A stretch of DNA of 64,000 nt. Source: Eledone cirrhosa. Taxonomy: Eukaryota. Positions 17,259 through 31,747 of this stretch are shown here, piece after piece. The translations under genes were made by a program, and so were the position numbers. The stretch covers positions 54,498,001-54,562,000 of the forward strand of contig OZ024742.1 of NCBI GenBank assembly GCA_964016885.1, in the 5' to 3' direction. The notes beneath the pieces were generated by a model. That model had not been told where the DNA came from. It was given only the letters and a program-made list of their open reading frames with translations, and ran no database searches. The stretch's first letter is position 1. The number at the start of each line of letters is the position of its first letter.

Positions 17259-17581
17259 CATATCCAGTGCTTTTATCGAGCAATGACACAGCTAGAGACT
17301 TATAGAATACTTAGCTGTGTACAGGAACTGGTTTGAAAGAGCGGTTGCCGGTCCGGCAGAAATTAGAAATTGGAATAAATGCTCTGAAATAGCGATATAT
17401 ATGAATGAAACGCGTAGATTACTTCCCTTGCTTTTATCGAGAATCTAATTGTAATACGTGACGTATTCTATTCTATAGCGATTAGGTCTTCAAAATGTTT
17501 ATTATAAACATACAGAATATTTTCGAATATTCTATGTCTATATTCACATATATATCGCTATTTCAGAGCATTTATTCCAAT
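17259..17581. mobile_element. Truncated head-to-head insertion of family E (310-bp element)
   Basis: 17259-17400 and 17403-17581 match opposite strands of the 33191-34131 unit; the second piece starts inside the HHR. Confidence 0.85.
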
Positions 17582-17658
17582 ATATATATGTATATATATT
17601 TATATATATGTATATATATATATATATTTATATATGTATATATATATATATATATGTT

Positions 17659-17735
<77 letters not shown>

Positions 17736-17752
17736 ATATATATTTATATATG

Positions 17753-17871
<119 letters not shown>

Positions 17872-17888
17872 GTATATTTATATATATG

Positions 17889-18012
<124 letters not shown>

Positions 18013-18022
18013 GATATATATG

Positions 18023-18056
<34 letters not shown>

Positions 18057-18112
18057 TGTACATATATTTATATATATGTATATATATATATATATTTATA
18101 TATGTATATATA

Positions 18113-19767
18113 TTTCGTTTCTGAATTTGTTTAGCAAGATTCTTTATCTGAAATCGTGTGTTGAAACCGATATTGTTATACTTTGGGAGGGTCATGTTGC
18201 CAATAAGAAACACACGCACCAGTTGCTTTCACTTCAATTTAATTTAATATATATTTATAAATTTACAAATTTATAAATTTCTGGTTGGTTGGTTGGTTCC
18301 ACAACCAGATAGTTGTTTATATATATATAGTCATAGTTCTTTCGTCACACACTCTGTGACCTCTTCAGTGACTGGGGATTTCTTTCTTCGTTTCTGTGCC
18401 TTTCCTTTCTTCTATCCTACGCCATTTTGTTTGTGTGTGGGTTGCGTGCTCAGTTTGCGCATGCGCCACATCCGGGTGTCTGTGTGTGTTTGTGTTCATT
18501 TTTCTATTTTTCTATTTATATTTGTTTGTTTATTTATTTATTGTTGGTTGGTTGTTTGTTCTATGTGTGTGTGTGTTTTCATTTTGTCTTGTGTGTGTTT
18601 TCATTTTGTGTGTGTTTTCAATTGTAAGTTGTTTGTTCTATGTGTGTGTGTGTTTTCATTTTGTCCTTAATTGTAAGTTGTGATGTTGCTGTTCCACTCA
18701 TATTTTCTATTTAATTTTGGTTTTAATTCTTTTATGCTTACTGCCTCTGTAATTTGCCTAAACATTGCGTCTTTCTTGTGTGTGGATTCTATTTTTATTT
18801 CTATGCTCTCTAATTTACCCCTGTGTTCTATCTTAGCATGTTGGTAGAGCACAGATGATTCTTTACTATCTTGGAGGTCTCGCCAGTGTTCATTTATTCG
18901 TTCCCCTATACTACGAGCTGTCTCACCTATGTACACTATATTTTTGTTTCTACATTGTCCTTCAGTACATCTTATGCTATATACTACATTTCTAGTTTTA
19001 CAGTTAATATGGGGGCTTATTTTACAGGTTATACATTTCTTATCTATACATGAGGGTCTTTGGAACGGGTATGTCTTGCTAATAAGTGTTTTTACGGAGG
19101 TACCAGGTCTTTCTACTATCTTAATATTGAGATTATGTTTCTTTAGGGCCCTTCTAAATTTGTAGGCTAGTTCGCCTCTAGGGGTTGTATTGATGAACAT
19201 TACACTCTGGTATTTATTGCTATCATACCATGAGTTTATTCTATTGGCCTTGTTCTTAGTTCTTTCTATTCTATTCCAAAATTTGCTCCTATACAAGGGG
19301 CAGGTCCCATTTATGTCATTATTTACCATTTTTTCCCATTTGGTTCTGGCTCCTTTATACACTCTGATTCTATCTCTCTGATTGTAGCCAGAGAACTGCA
19401 TACGGTGGATGAAGTGTTGTATGTGTCTCTCTAGTTCTTCGGGGTTGCACATGCGGGACACATTTCTCATCACCCGTACCAAATCCGCAATCAGTATGTT
19501 GATTTTGGTATGGTCCGAAATGGCCGAGTTTCGGTGGATCAGATGTTTGGAAGTCATGGGTTTGGCATAATGGGAATGGAGGATTTGTTTTTGGTTGTTA
19601 ATAGTATCTAACCAGAGCTCTGTGTCTAGTACAGGTAATCGATGGTTGGGGTGTCTACTTGGGTAGTCTATAGTAACTCTAATGCTCTGGTGGATGGAGT
19701 TTGCTATTTGCTGGATGCTTTCCATTGTGTTTTTCTCTGGTTCCTGACTGTTCTTTAGTGGGGGTGT
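18113..19767 (-). mobile_element. Inverted 5'-truncated copy (RT thumb, GIY-YIG, pLTR) of the adjacent Nematis-like PLE
   Basis: Reverse complement of ~22735-24329 plus tail; ORF 18667-19833 matches the C-terminus from TPPLKN onward; HHR 18329-18373. Confidence 0.95.
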
Positions 19768-19855
19768 GGCGCAAACTGAGCACGCAACCCACACACAAAC
19801 AAAATGGCGTAGGATAGAAGAAAGGAAAGGCACAGAAACGAAGAAAGAAATCCCC

Positions 19856-19900
19856 AGTCACTGAAGAGGTCACAGAGTGTGTGACGAAAGAACTATGACT
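19856..19900 (+). ncRNA. HHR in the Nematis-like pLTR (copies 24128-24172 plus; 18329-18373, 56573-56617 and 60655-60699 minus)
   Basis: AGTCA-CTGAAGA-G-GTCAC agagtgt GTGAC-GAAA-G aa C-TA-TGACT. Confidence 0.85.
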
Positions 19901-20009
19901 ATATATATATAAACAACTATCTGGTTGTGGAACCAACCAACCAACCAGAAATTTATAAATTTGTAAATTTATAAATATATATTAAATTAAATTGAAGTGA
20001 AAGCAACTG

Positions 20010-23000
20010 GTGCGTGTGTTTCTTATTGGCAACATGACCCTCCCAAAGTATAACAATATCGGTTTCAACACACGATTTCAGATAAAGAATCTTGCTAAAC
20101 AAATTCAGAAACGAAATATCGTAAGCCTTAGCCAGGCTAACAAGATACTGAAAACCACCATGTTCTGTTGTCTACGAAAAACCATAACATCTCGACAACT
20201 ACACTTCATAAAACTGTGCACCACTTCTAGAATCTACACCAACACCATCAATACCGACGTTAGAAGATTACAACTCACCAAAAAACAAGCAGATAGGTTA
20301 AAACGAACTTTAATTCTAAACATAAAAAAGAAGATCTATAGAGAATTAAGTCATCAAGAAAAACTAAAGCGTAATCTAATAGATGAAATATCTAAAATCA
20401 CCACACCAGCAGAAAAACTAACATTTATAAGCCTTATACGACCCGAAGAACAGTACATTACTCAAGAATGTAATAAGCACTTTAACAGAAAATTAAAGTG
20501 GCTTAAACAGGCAAAGCTAAATCGGGATACTATAGAGTATACCAATAGATATCCCGACAAAATTGACGGTATCAACATGGCCGACACCTCATTATCTGAA
20601 GAGTTCAACAATGAAAATACCAACATTTATGGAAACACGGAAATAGATAATAATGAAATGTCTGTGTTACGTCTGCCACCCAAATTTGCGACATTCAAGA
20701 AGGTAAATATGATTAGTTGTCTGTCAGAAATAGAAAAATCATTTACGAAACTACGCTGGAGCATCAAAAACAAAAACAAAAGCAACAATATACGCACACA
20801 CATATACAACACACATCCCAACAACAACAGACACACAGACACAAACAACAATAACAACAACAATAGCAACATACCCAGATACAACACCAACAATAGCAAC
20901 ATACCCAGATACAACAGACACGCAGACACAAACAACAATAACAACACACACGGAGACAACAATAACAACAACACACACATCAACAACAACAGCAACATAC
21001 CCAGATACAACAACAACAGACACGCAAACACAAACAACAATAACAACACACACAACAACGATAACACACACACACACGGAGACAACAACACACATCAACA
21101 ACAACACACATCAACAACAACAACACACACACATTCAATGCCTCTCACCACCACTACAATCTTAACAAACACACAGACACAGAAAACAAGTAATGACAGT
21201 AGCACAGAAATCAGAGAAATAAGAGAAAGTAATAGGATTAAAAGGAGAAGGGAGACTAAGGACAAAGAGAATAACCAAGACGAACACACAGACACACAAA
21301 ATAGGGTAGATAACAACATTGAGCCAGTGGAAAGAGACAGGAGTAATTATGAGAGACATAGAAACAACCATGAAGCTGAGGCTGCTGCTGTTGGTGGAAA
21401 TAGAAACAACACAACTAACAATAGCACTAGTACACATAAAGCAGCAGCCTGGAACTCTCCGTTTTATAACCCCTCCGATAAATCATTCGACCTACGACGA
21501 GTCCACGCCACGACTTTGCCATTTAACAAACGCACGCAGTTGCCGTCGCAGGTCGATGAACAAACAGAAGCACAATTTAGTATAGCTAAATCCGAACTTA
21601 GAAATATTATAGAACAGTATAGCAAGAAGCATAATAGAATAGAGGCCCAGCAACTGGGAGAAGAATCTGCAAATGGCTTGCGTAAGCTCATGCAGCGCTC
21701 ACGTAATGGAGAGATAGCATGCTTTCCAACAGACAAGTCTGGCAGAATGTCGGTTGACAGCCTGCCAAACTACATCCAGGCAATGCAACCCCACATCACT
21801 AACACAAGAGAGGTAACACCACAGGAGCATGAGGATAGAGAAAAAACCCTCAATGCCCATATGGTGATGTGGACAAATATAATGCAGCCCAACAAAAGGA
21901 CTGCCAACAACTTCCAGGCCTGGAACAATGACGTGCCGGCGTTGTATGGGCTTCGAAAAGACCATAAAACGGGCTGGGACCCTGTCGCGGGACCACCAAC
22001 ACGGCCAGTCTGTGGGGCTAACATTGCTAGTAACTACAGACTGTCCTACTTCCTCTCCCTGATCATACGCCCCATCATTGAGATGTCCCCAGATGTGTGT
22101 GACAGCACGGAGGACCTCCTCAGCAGAATCGGCGCGGGTAACCGATCTGGGGACCTAACAAACTGCATAATAGGCAGTATGGATGTTGTGTCCCTGTATC
22201 CATCTATTGACGTGGATTTTGCTGTGGAGAAATGCGTCGAAATGATCAGCGAGAGCAAGGTTGAGTTCCGTGGGATTGATACCAGTGAGCTGGGACTTCT
22301 ACTTAAGCTTACCCATAGTAATAGTTACCTAGACACTTATGACCTTAGCAACCTGTGCCCTACAAGACCAGCAAGAGGCAGACCACCTACCATTACCTCA
22401 ATGGCCAAGAAAACCCACACATATAGATGGAACGGGTGGACCAGAGCCATACGGACACCCGAAAACCACGATGAACTGAAGAAAATGATTGCACATGCGG
22501 TAGGGGCCAGCATAAAATTAACCCTTAAGGAACATATGTTCAAATTTAATGGTAAAACATATGCCCAAGAGGAAGGAGCAGCCATTGGTGTTAGCATTGC
22601 AGGCGACATAGCTAACTTGTTCATGGTATGGTGGGACAGTAGACTTAAACAAAAACTTAATGAACAATTAGAAGACAGCTTAACCCTGATAATGTACTCC
22701 CGCTACGTAGATGATATAAACATCGTAGTTAAGACACCCCCACTAAAGAACAGTCAGGAACCAGAGAAAAACACAATGGAAAGCATCCAGCAAATAGCAA
22801 ACTCCATCCACCAGAGCATTAGAGTTACTATAGACTACCCAAGTAGACACCCCAACCATCGATTACCTGTACTAGACACAGAGCTCTGGTTAGATACTAT
22901 TAACAACCAAAAACAAATCCTCCATTCCCATTATGCCAAACCCATGACTTCCAAACATCTGATCCACCGAAACTCGGCCATTTCGGACCATACCAAAATC

Positions 23001-23834
23001 AACATACTGATTGCGGATTTGGTACGGGTGATGAGAAATGTGTCCCGCATGTGCAACCCCGAAGAACTAGAGAGACACATACAACACTTCATCCACCGTA
23101 TGCAGTTCTCTGGCTACAATCAGAGAGATAGAATCAGAGTGTATAAAGGAGCCAGAACCAAATGGGAAAAAATGGTAAATAATGACATAAATGGGACCTG
23201 CCCCTTGTATAGGAGCAAATTTTGGAATAGAATAGAAAGAACTAAGAACAAGGCCAATAGAATAAACTCATGGTATGATAGCAATAAATACCAGAGTGTA
23301 ATGTTCATCAATACAACCCCTAGAGGCGAACTAGCCTACAAATTTAGAAGGGCCCTAAAGAAACATAATCTCAATATTAAGATAGTAGAAAGACCTGGTA
23401 CCTCCGTAAAAACACTTATTAGCAAGACATACCCGTTCCAAAGACCCTCATGTATAGATAAGAAATGTATAACCTGTAAAATAAGCCCCCATATTAACTG
23501 TAAAACTAGAAATGTAGTATATAGCATAAGATGTACTGAAGGACAATGTAGAAACAAAAATATAGTGTACATAGGTGAGACAGCTCGTAGTATAGGGGAA
23601 CGAATAAATGAACACTGGCGAGACCTCCAAGATAGTAAAGAATCATCTGTGCTCTACCAACATGCTAAGATAGAACACAGGGGTAAATTAGAGAGCATAG
23701 AAATAAAAATAGAATCCACACACAAGAAAGACGCAATGTTTAGGCAAATTACAGAGGCAGTAAGCATAAAAGAATTAAAACCAAAATTAAATAGAAAATA
23801 TGAGTGGAACAGCAACATCACAACTTACAATTAA
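20010..23834 (+). CDS. Intact PLE polyprotein (RT + GIY-YIG), first ATG at 20034
   Basis: TDKSG, LYGLRKDHK, TRPV, MDVVSLYP, GAAIG, RYVDD, LPVLD, CIDKKCITC, VVYSIRC...YIGET...ER..EH; clade assignment is from recalled motifs. Confidence 0.96.
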   Translation: MRVFLIGNMTLPKYNNIGFNTRFQIKNLAKQIQKRNIVSLSQANKILKTTMFCCLRKTITSRQLHFIKLCTTSRIYTNTINTDVRRLQLTKKQADRLKRTLILNIKKKIYRELSHQEKLKRNLIDEISKITTPAEKLTFISLIRPEEQYITQECNKHFNRKLKWLKQAKLNRDTIEYTNRYPDKIDGINMADTSLSEEFNNENTNIYGNTEIDNNEMSVLRLPPKFATFKKVNMISCLSEIEKSFTKLRWSIKNKNKSNNIRTHIYNTHPNNNRHTDTNNNNNNNSNIPRYNTNNSNIPRYNRHADTNNNNNTHGDNNNNNTHINNNSNIPRYNNNRHANTNNNNNTHNNDNTHTHGDNNTHQQQHTSTTTTHTHSMPLTTTTILTNTQTQKTSNDSSTEIREIRESNRIKRRRETKDKENNQDEHTDTQNRVDNNIEPVERDRSNYERHRNNHEAEAAAVGGNRNNTTNNSTSTHKAAAWNSPFYNPSDKSFDLRRVHATTLPFNKRTQLPSQVDEQTEAQFSIAKSELRNIIEQYSKKHNRIEAQQLGEESANGLRKLMQRSRNGEIACFPTDKSGRMSVDSLPNYIQAMQPHITNTREVTPQEHEDREKTLNAHMVMWTNIMQPNKRTANNFQAWNNDVPALYGLRKDHKTGWDPVAGPPTRPVCGANIASNYRLSYFLSLIIRPIIEMSPDVCDSTEDLLSRIGAGNRSGDLTNCIIGSMDVVSLYPSIDVDFAVEKCVEMISESKVEFRGIDTSELGLLLKLTHSNSYLDTYDLSNLCPTRPARGRPPTITSMAKKTHTYRWNGWTRAIRTPENHDELKKMIAHAVGASIKLTLKEHMFKFNGKTYAQEEGAAIGVSIAGDIANLFMVWWDSRLKQKLNEQLEDSLTLIMYSRYVDDINIVVKTPPLKNSQEPEKNTMESIQQIANSIHQSIRVTIDYPSRHPNHRLPVLDTELWLDTINNQKQILHSHYAKPMTSKHLIHRNSAISDHTKINILIADLVRVMRNVSRMCNPEELERHIQHFIHRMQFSGYNQRDRIRVYKGARTKWEKMVNNDINGTCPLYRSKFWNRIERTKNKANRINSWYDSNKYQSVMFINTTPRGELAYKFRRALKKHNLNIKIVERPGTSVKTLISKTYPFQRPSCIDKKCITCKISPHINCKTRNVVYSIRCTEGQCRNKNIVYIGETARSIGERINEHWRDLQDSKESSVLYQHAKIEHRGKLESIEIKIESTHKKDAMFRQITEAVSIKELKPKLNRKYEWNSNITTYN

Positions 23835-24341
23835 GGACAAAATGAAAACACACACACACATAGAACAAACAACTTACAATTGAAAACACACACAAAATGA
23901 AAACACACACAAGACAAAATGAAAACACACACACACATAGAACAAACAACCAACCAACAATAAATAAATAAACAAACAAATATAAATAGAAAAATAGAAA
24001 AATGAACACAAACACACACAGACACCCGGATGTGGCGCATGCGCAAACTGAGCACGCAACCCACACACAAACAAAATGGCGTAGGATAGAAGAAAGGAAA
24101 GGCACAGAAACGAAGAAAGAAATCCCCAGTCACTGAAGAGGTCACAGAGTGTGTGACGAAAGAACTATGACTATATATATATAAACAACTATCTGGTTGT
24201 GGAACCAACCAACCAACCAGAAATTTATAAATTTGTAAATTTATAAATATATATTAAATTAAATTGAAGTGAAAGCAACTGGTGCGTGTGTTTCTTATTG
24301 GCAACATGACCCTCCCAAAGTATAACAATATGTATATATAT

Positions 24342-24405
<64 letters not shown>

Positions 24406-24420
24406 ATGTATATATATATG

Positions 24421-24453
<33 letters not shown>

Positions 24454-24480
24454 ATGCATGTATATATATATTTATATATG

Positions 24481-24632
<152 letters not shown>

Positions 24633-24651
24633 ATTATATACATATATACAA

Positions 24652-24978
<327 letters not shown>

Positions 24979-24996
24979 TATATGTATATATATATG

Positions 24997-25259
<263 letters not shown>

Positions 25260-25260
25260 G

Positions 25261-25339
<79 letters not shown>

Positions 25340-25537
25340 ATATATATGTATATATATGTATATATATATGTATATACATATGTATATATATATGTATATA
25401 TATGTATATATATATGTATATATGTATATGTATATATATATGTATAACTTTAACTTTGAATAACTTTGAAATGTTTTGGCCAGTATTGGCCCAGGCCATG
25501 TCTAACATAATAGCACCACCTGGCGAAGTCTTTCAAT

Positions 25538-28500
25538 TCAGGATTTGGGCACCATGGCCCATTCGAGAAGAGAATTACTGTTTGCGGAGACATATCCGTG
25601 TGTGGGTGGTTTGTCCGGGATTACTTGGAGGAATTTGTCCAAAGACTTCTTGAATTTTGTGTGGTCAGTTTCTGTTTAGACGTGTCCTGGTGTGATGTTG
25701 AAGAGAGCAGGGCCGATTGAGGTGAAATAATTGTGCCGTATTGTTGTTATGAGTTGCGATTTAGATTTTTGAATGGGACGGATTGCACGGGGCCCAAGCC
25801 TTGGGTGTATCTTGAAGGCGATGCCAACATCATTTGGGCAGTGATGATGGAACATTTTCCACATCATGCAGATAATATAACGCTCACGGCGACGTTGGAG
25901 TGAGTAAAGTTTCAGGTTTTCTAATCGACCCCAGTAGTCAAAGTCTGACATGCCATCTATATTTTTCGTGATTGCCCTTTGAGGAGCTTCAAGTTTCATG
26001 ATACTTTGTTTCGTGTGGGGAGACCACAGTGGACAACAGTATTCAAGGTGTGGTCGGGCAAAAGTAGAGAAGAGAAGGATAATGGTGCGGGAATCTCTCG
26101 ACTGGAAGGTTCTGAGGATCCAGGAACACATTCTGCGGGCCATGTCAACTTTGCTGCTTATATGAGTGGTCCAGCTAATGTTGCTGTCCACGGTTACTCC
26201 CAAGTCTCTGATGTTGTTAGATGCCACGAGAGTTTCCCCGGAGGGAAGGGAGTACGGGAGTTTCAGAGCATCCTCTTTTCCAAAGTGGATTAGTTCGAAT
26301 TTGTCTTCGTTCAGTAACATGTTGTTCTTTTCTGCCCATTGGGTAACAGCCAGTAGGTCTGACTGAAGGCTTATCCGGTCATCCACGCCATTGATGACCT
26401 TTTGGAGCTTGGAATCATCAGCGAAAATTTTAATGTTGCTGTGTTTGATGATGTCAGTGATGTCATTAATATAGATGATGAAGAGAAGTGGGCCCAACAC
26501 AGTGCCTTGTGGGACCCCACTACTGACTTTGGCTGGGCTTGATTTGACTCCCTCAACTACAACATGTTGGGTTCTGTTTGACAGGAAGCTCTTGATCCAC
26601 TGCAGCAGCTTTCCAGTGACACCAATATTGGACAGCTTTCTCAGTAGAATGTTATGATCAACCCTGTCAAAGGCCTTGCTGAAATCAAGGTAGATAACAT
26701 CAGTGTTGGAACCCTCTCCCAAGGCTCTCAAAATGTCATCAAAGTGATGCAGTAGCTGCGTCAGGCAATCCCTTCCATTACGGAATCCATGCTGGTTGGA
26801 GTTCAGCATATTGTTACTCTCAAGGAAGTGGGTCATTCGCGATCTCACCACTCTCTCAAATACCTTAATGATATGAGAGGTGAGTGAGATTGGACGGTAA
26901 TTCACGGCAAGGGATTTGTTTCCCTTTTTGAAAATTGGGACAACAGACTGGGATAGAAGGTTTTCAGGCACATATCCAGCATCCAGTGAGTTCCGCCACA
27001 GATTGGCAAGAGGAGATGCAAGTTGGTGTTGACACGCCTTCAAGACACAAGCAGGGAACCTATCGGGACCTACTGCTCAATTATGCTTGATTTCTTTTAT
27101 TGCCGCCAAGACATCAGGGGCGCCAAACGTTATGTCCGATAAGGTGTAATGGGGAGTAACATCGCCGATACAGCCCAGATCGGCCATATCAGGATTGCTG
27201 AAAACAGAGCAGTATTGTTTCTGCAGTATCTCACCCATGGTTTTAGCATTGTCTTGAAGAGTGCCATTTTCATCAATTAGAGGGCCAACAGTAGAGCCAG
27301 TGATTTTGTGTTTTTTTGCAAATGAAAAGAACACTTTGGGATTGAGTTTGATCTTCTCAATGGCCCAGGCCTCTTCAGCTCTTCTCTGATTGTTGATGAG
27401 GGACATTATGTTGTTTTGGAGGTTATGCTTTTTAATCTCTAGTGATGAAATGGCAGTCAAGTTGATGTGTTGCTGCTGACAGTATTTCAGCTTGTTGATT
27501 TTTTTTGTTCGTTCTCTTAATTTTTCTGATGAGCGTTTTTCTATTTCTAGGGATTCTGCTCTTAGATTTGTTTATAGTTCTTAATGGTGTGTGTTTAGCA
27601 CATATGTTTGTAACAGTGTCCACAAATGTCTGCCAGGACTTTTTGATGTTAGTGGGTGTATGAGTGTGCGTGAAGGACCAGTCGACATGTGCAAGATCAT
27701 GACTGATCGCTTCCCAGTTTGCATTGTGGAAATCCATAGCGTCAAACGGATGGACAGGAGAGATGACATTGGGTTTGTATATTGGACGGTGGAATCTCAG
27801 ATCACAGAGAACCATGTCATGATCAGAGAGTAGAGTTTTCTCCACTGCAATATTGTGGATATTGTCAGTGTGATTGCTGAAAATTAAGTCTAGGACGTTT
27901 TTGTGGCACCTCGTTGGTTCGAGCACCAGTTGGGATAGGAAGAAATCATCCATGAAGTCAAGAAGCGATTCCACAGCTTCCCTGTCAGAGGTTGAGGCAG
28001 AAGAACCTGGTGGCAGGCTGTTTGTGGACCAGTCAACTCCGGGGAGGTTGAAGTCCCCCATCATTAAGATGTTGTCAGGGTGACACTCTTGGATGAAACA
28101 CTTTATGCTGCTGAGGCATTCCTTGAAGCATGGTACAGGCGTTTGGGGTGGCCTATAGAGCCCAACTACTAATAGGTTGTTGGTTTGACTGAATACAGTG
28201 ACTGCTTCACAGTATCCATTAGAGAATATGTTCATAGCCTCTGTTGAGAAAGAATTATGGACATAAATGGCAGTTCCGCCCTTTCTTCTGCCAGCGCGAT
28301 CAGCACGGATGGCTTTGAAATTTTTCACTTTCACCTCGGCTTCCAAGTGGAGGTTACTGAGATGGGTTTCAGTGAGGACGAAGAAAGGGATGTGGTTTGG
28401 ATGGACATCAATCCAGTCCTCCAGGAATTTGATCTTCCATTTTTGAGTATTGGTGGAAGGGCTGATGCCTTGGGCGTTAAGCAAAAATGTAGAGGCGAGA

Positions 28501-28658
28501 GTGGATGGTTTTAATTGTTTTGGTGTGTTGTTAATTTGTTTGTTTGTTAATGGCAGCAATGGGAGTTTGTGCAGTGGGGAGATAGTGGAGGGTGGTGCTG
28601 GGTGATAGCTCGAATGTTTTTTTCCAGTTCTTTTGCCAGATTCATTATGGCTAAAAAA
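25538..28658 (-). pseudogene. LINE ORF2 (AP endonuclease + RT); frameshift near 27490 and stops at 27077 and 25676
   Basis: LNAQG, LTETHL, YRPP, GDFN, LDLIF, SDH; [36 protein letters not shown]. Confidence 0.93.
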
Positions 28659-29310
28659 GAGGAAGAAGTTTCCTGTTTAGAAGACTGTTGGTGACTGTGG
28701 TAGTGGTTATTTTTATGTAGGTTATGGTTTTTGTTTTTGCTTTTATTTTTAATTTTATTTTCATTTGTCCGACGGGTCCCCGGGAGATGGGTAAAGGGAC
28801 AATCCCGGTCTAAACACAATCTGTCTCGCAGGGAAAAGCGGCAGATTTGTGGATTCCTTGTTTGAGTTATTGGTGGTTGTGTTGGTGTTAAATTAGAGTA
28901 TGTATTATGGTGGTGGCTGTTTGTGGGGATAGATCGTTTTGTCCTAGGTAAATGGGTGAATTTGCAGCCACTATCCGTACATATTCTATAGCGTAGAGAG
29001 TAGCGGCAAATGATGGGGTTTCGAGTGGGTGGGTATGTGGGTGTGTGTGTTGTGAGAGGTGTAGATGATGGTTTGGGTAGGATTTGACGAATTTGTGGAC
29101 TGTGGGAGGGAGAGTTCTTGTTTTGGCATTAGAAGGTAAATTCCTTGACATAGCAGTAGACAAAAATGTTGTAGTAGTAGTAGTAGTAGTAGGCAGAGAT
29201 GTTGGCAGTGGTGATGATTGGACTGCTGGGCCAGAGAAAGGATATGGCGTTTCATGCTGTGAGACAGAGGCTACTGGGGGGTCAATAGTTTCATTTAGTA
29301 GATCGGCCAT
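28547..29310 (-). pseudogene. LINE ORF1 with two CCCH zinc fingers; one frameshift, probably near the (CA)n at ~29040
   Basis: Manual translation gives CRYSLRYRICTDSGCKFTH and CRFSLRDRLCLDRDCPFTH (C-x8-C-x4-C-x3-H). Confidence 0.7.
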
Positions 29311-29393
29311 TGTTGATGAATCAAGGAGTGGTTCACACTGTTGTTGTCGTTGTTGTTGTTGTTGATGTTGTTGATGTTGTTGTTGTAGCTGTT

Positions 29394-31747
<2,354 letters not shown>

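Larger units (their letters stand above)
19768..24329 (+). mobile_element. Full-length Penelope-like element (Nematis-like) with tandem pLTRs
   Basis: 19768-20057 repeats at ~24040-24329 around one long ORF; inserted in (TA)n. Confidence 0.95.
25446..29393 (-). mobile_element. Near full-length CR1/L2-group LINE with a (TTCAAAGTTA)n tail
   Basis: ORF1 plus APE-RT ORF2; short 3' UTR with a GGCCA-atac-TGGCC hairpin and tandem tail. Confidence 0.92.

Noticed and set aside
18667-19833. Novel 388-aa gene
   Set aside because: Chimeric ORF created by the inversion junction of the PLE
24035-24044. GCGCATGCGC as an NRF1-type promoter site in the pLTR
   Set aside because: A short motif match only; no supporting evidence
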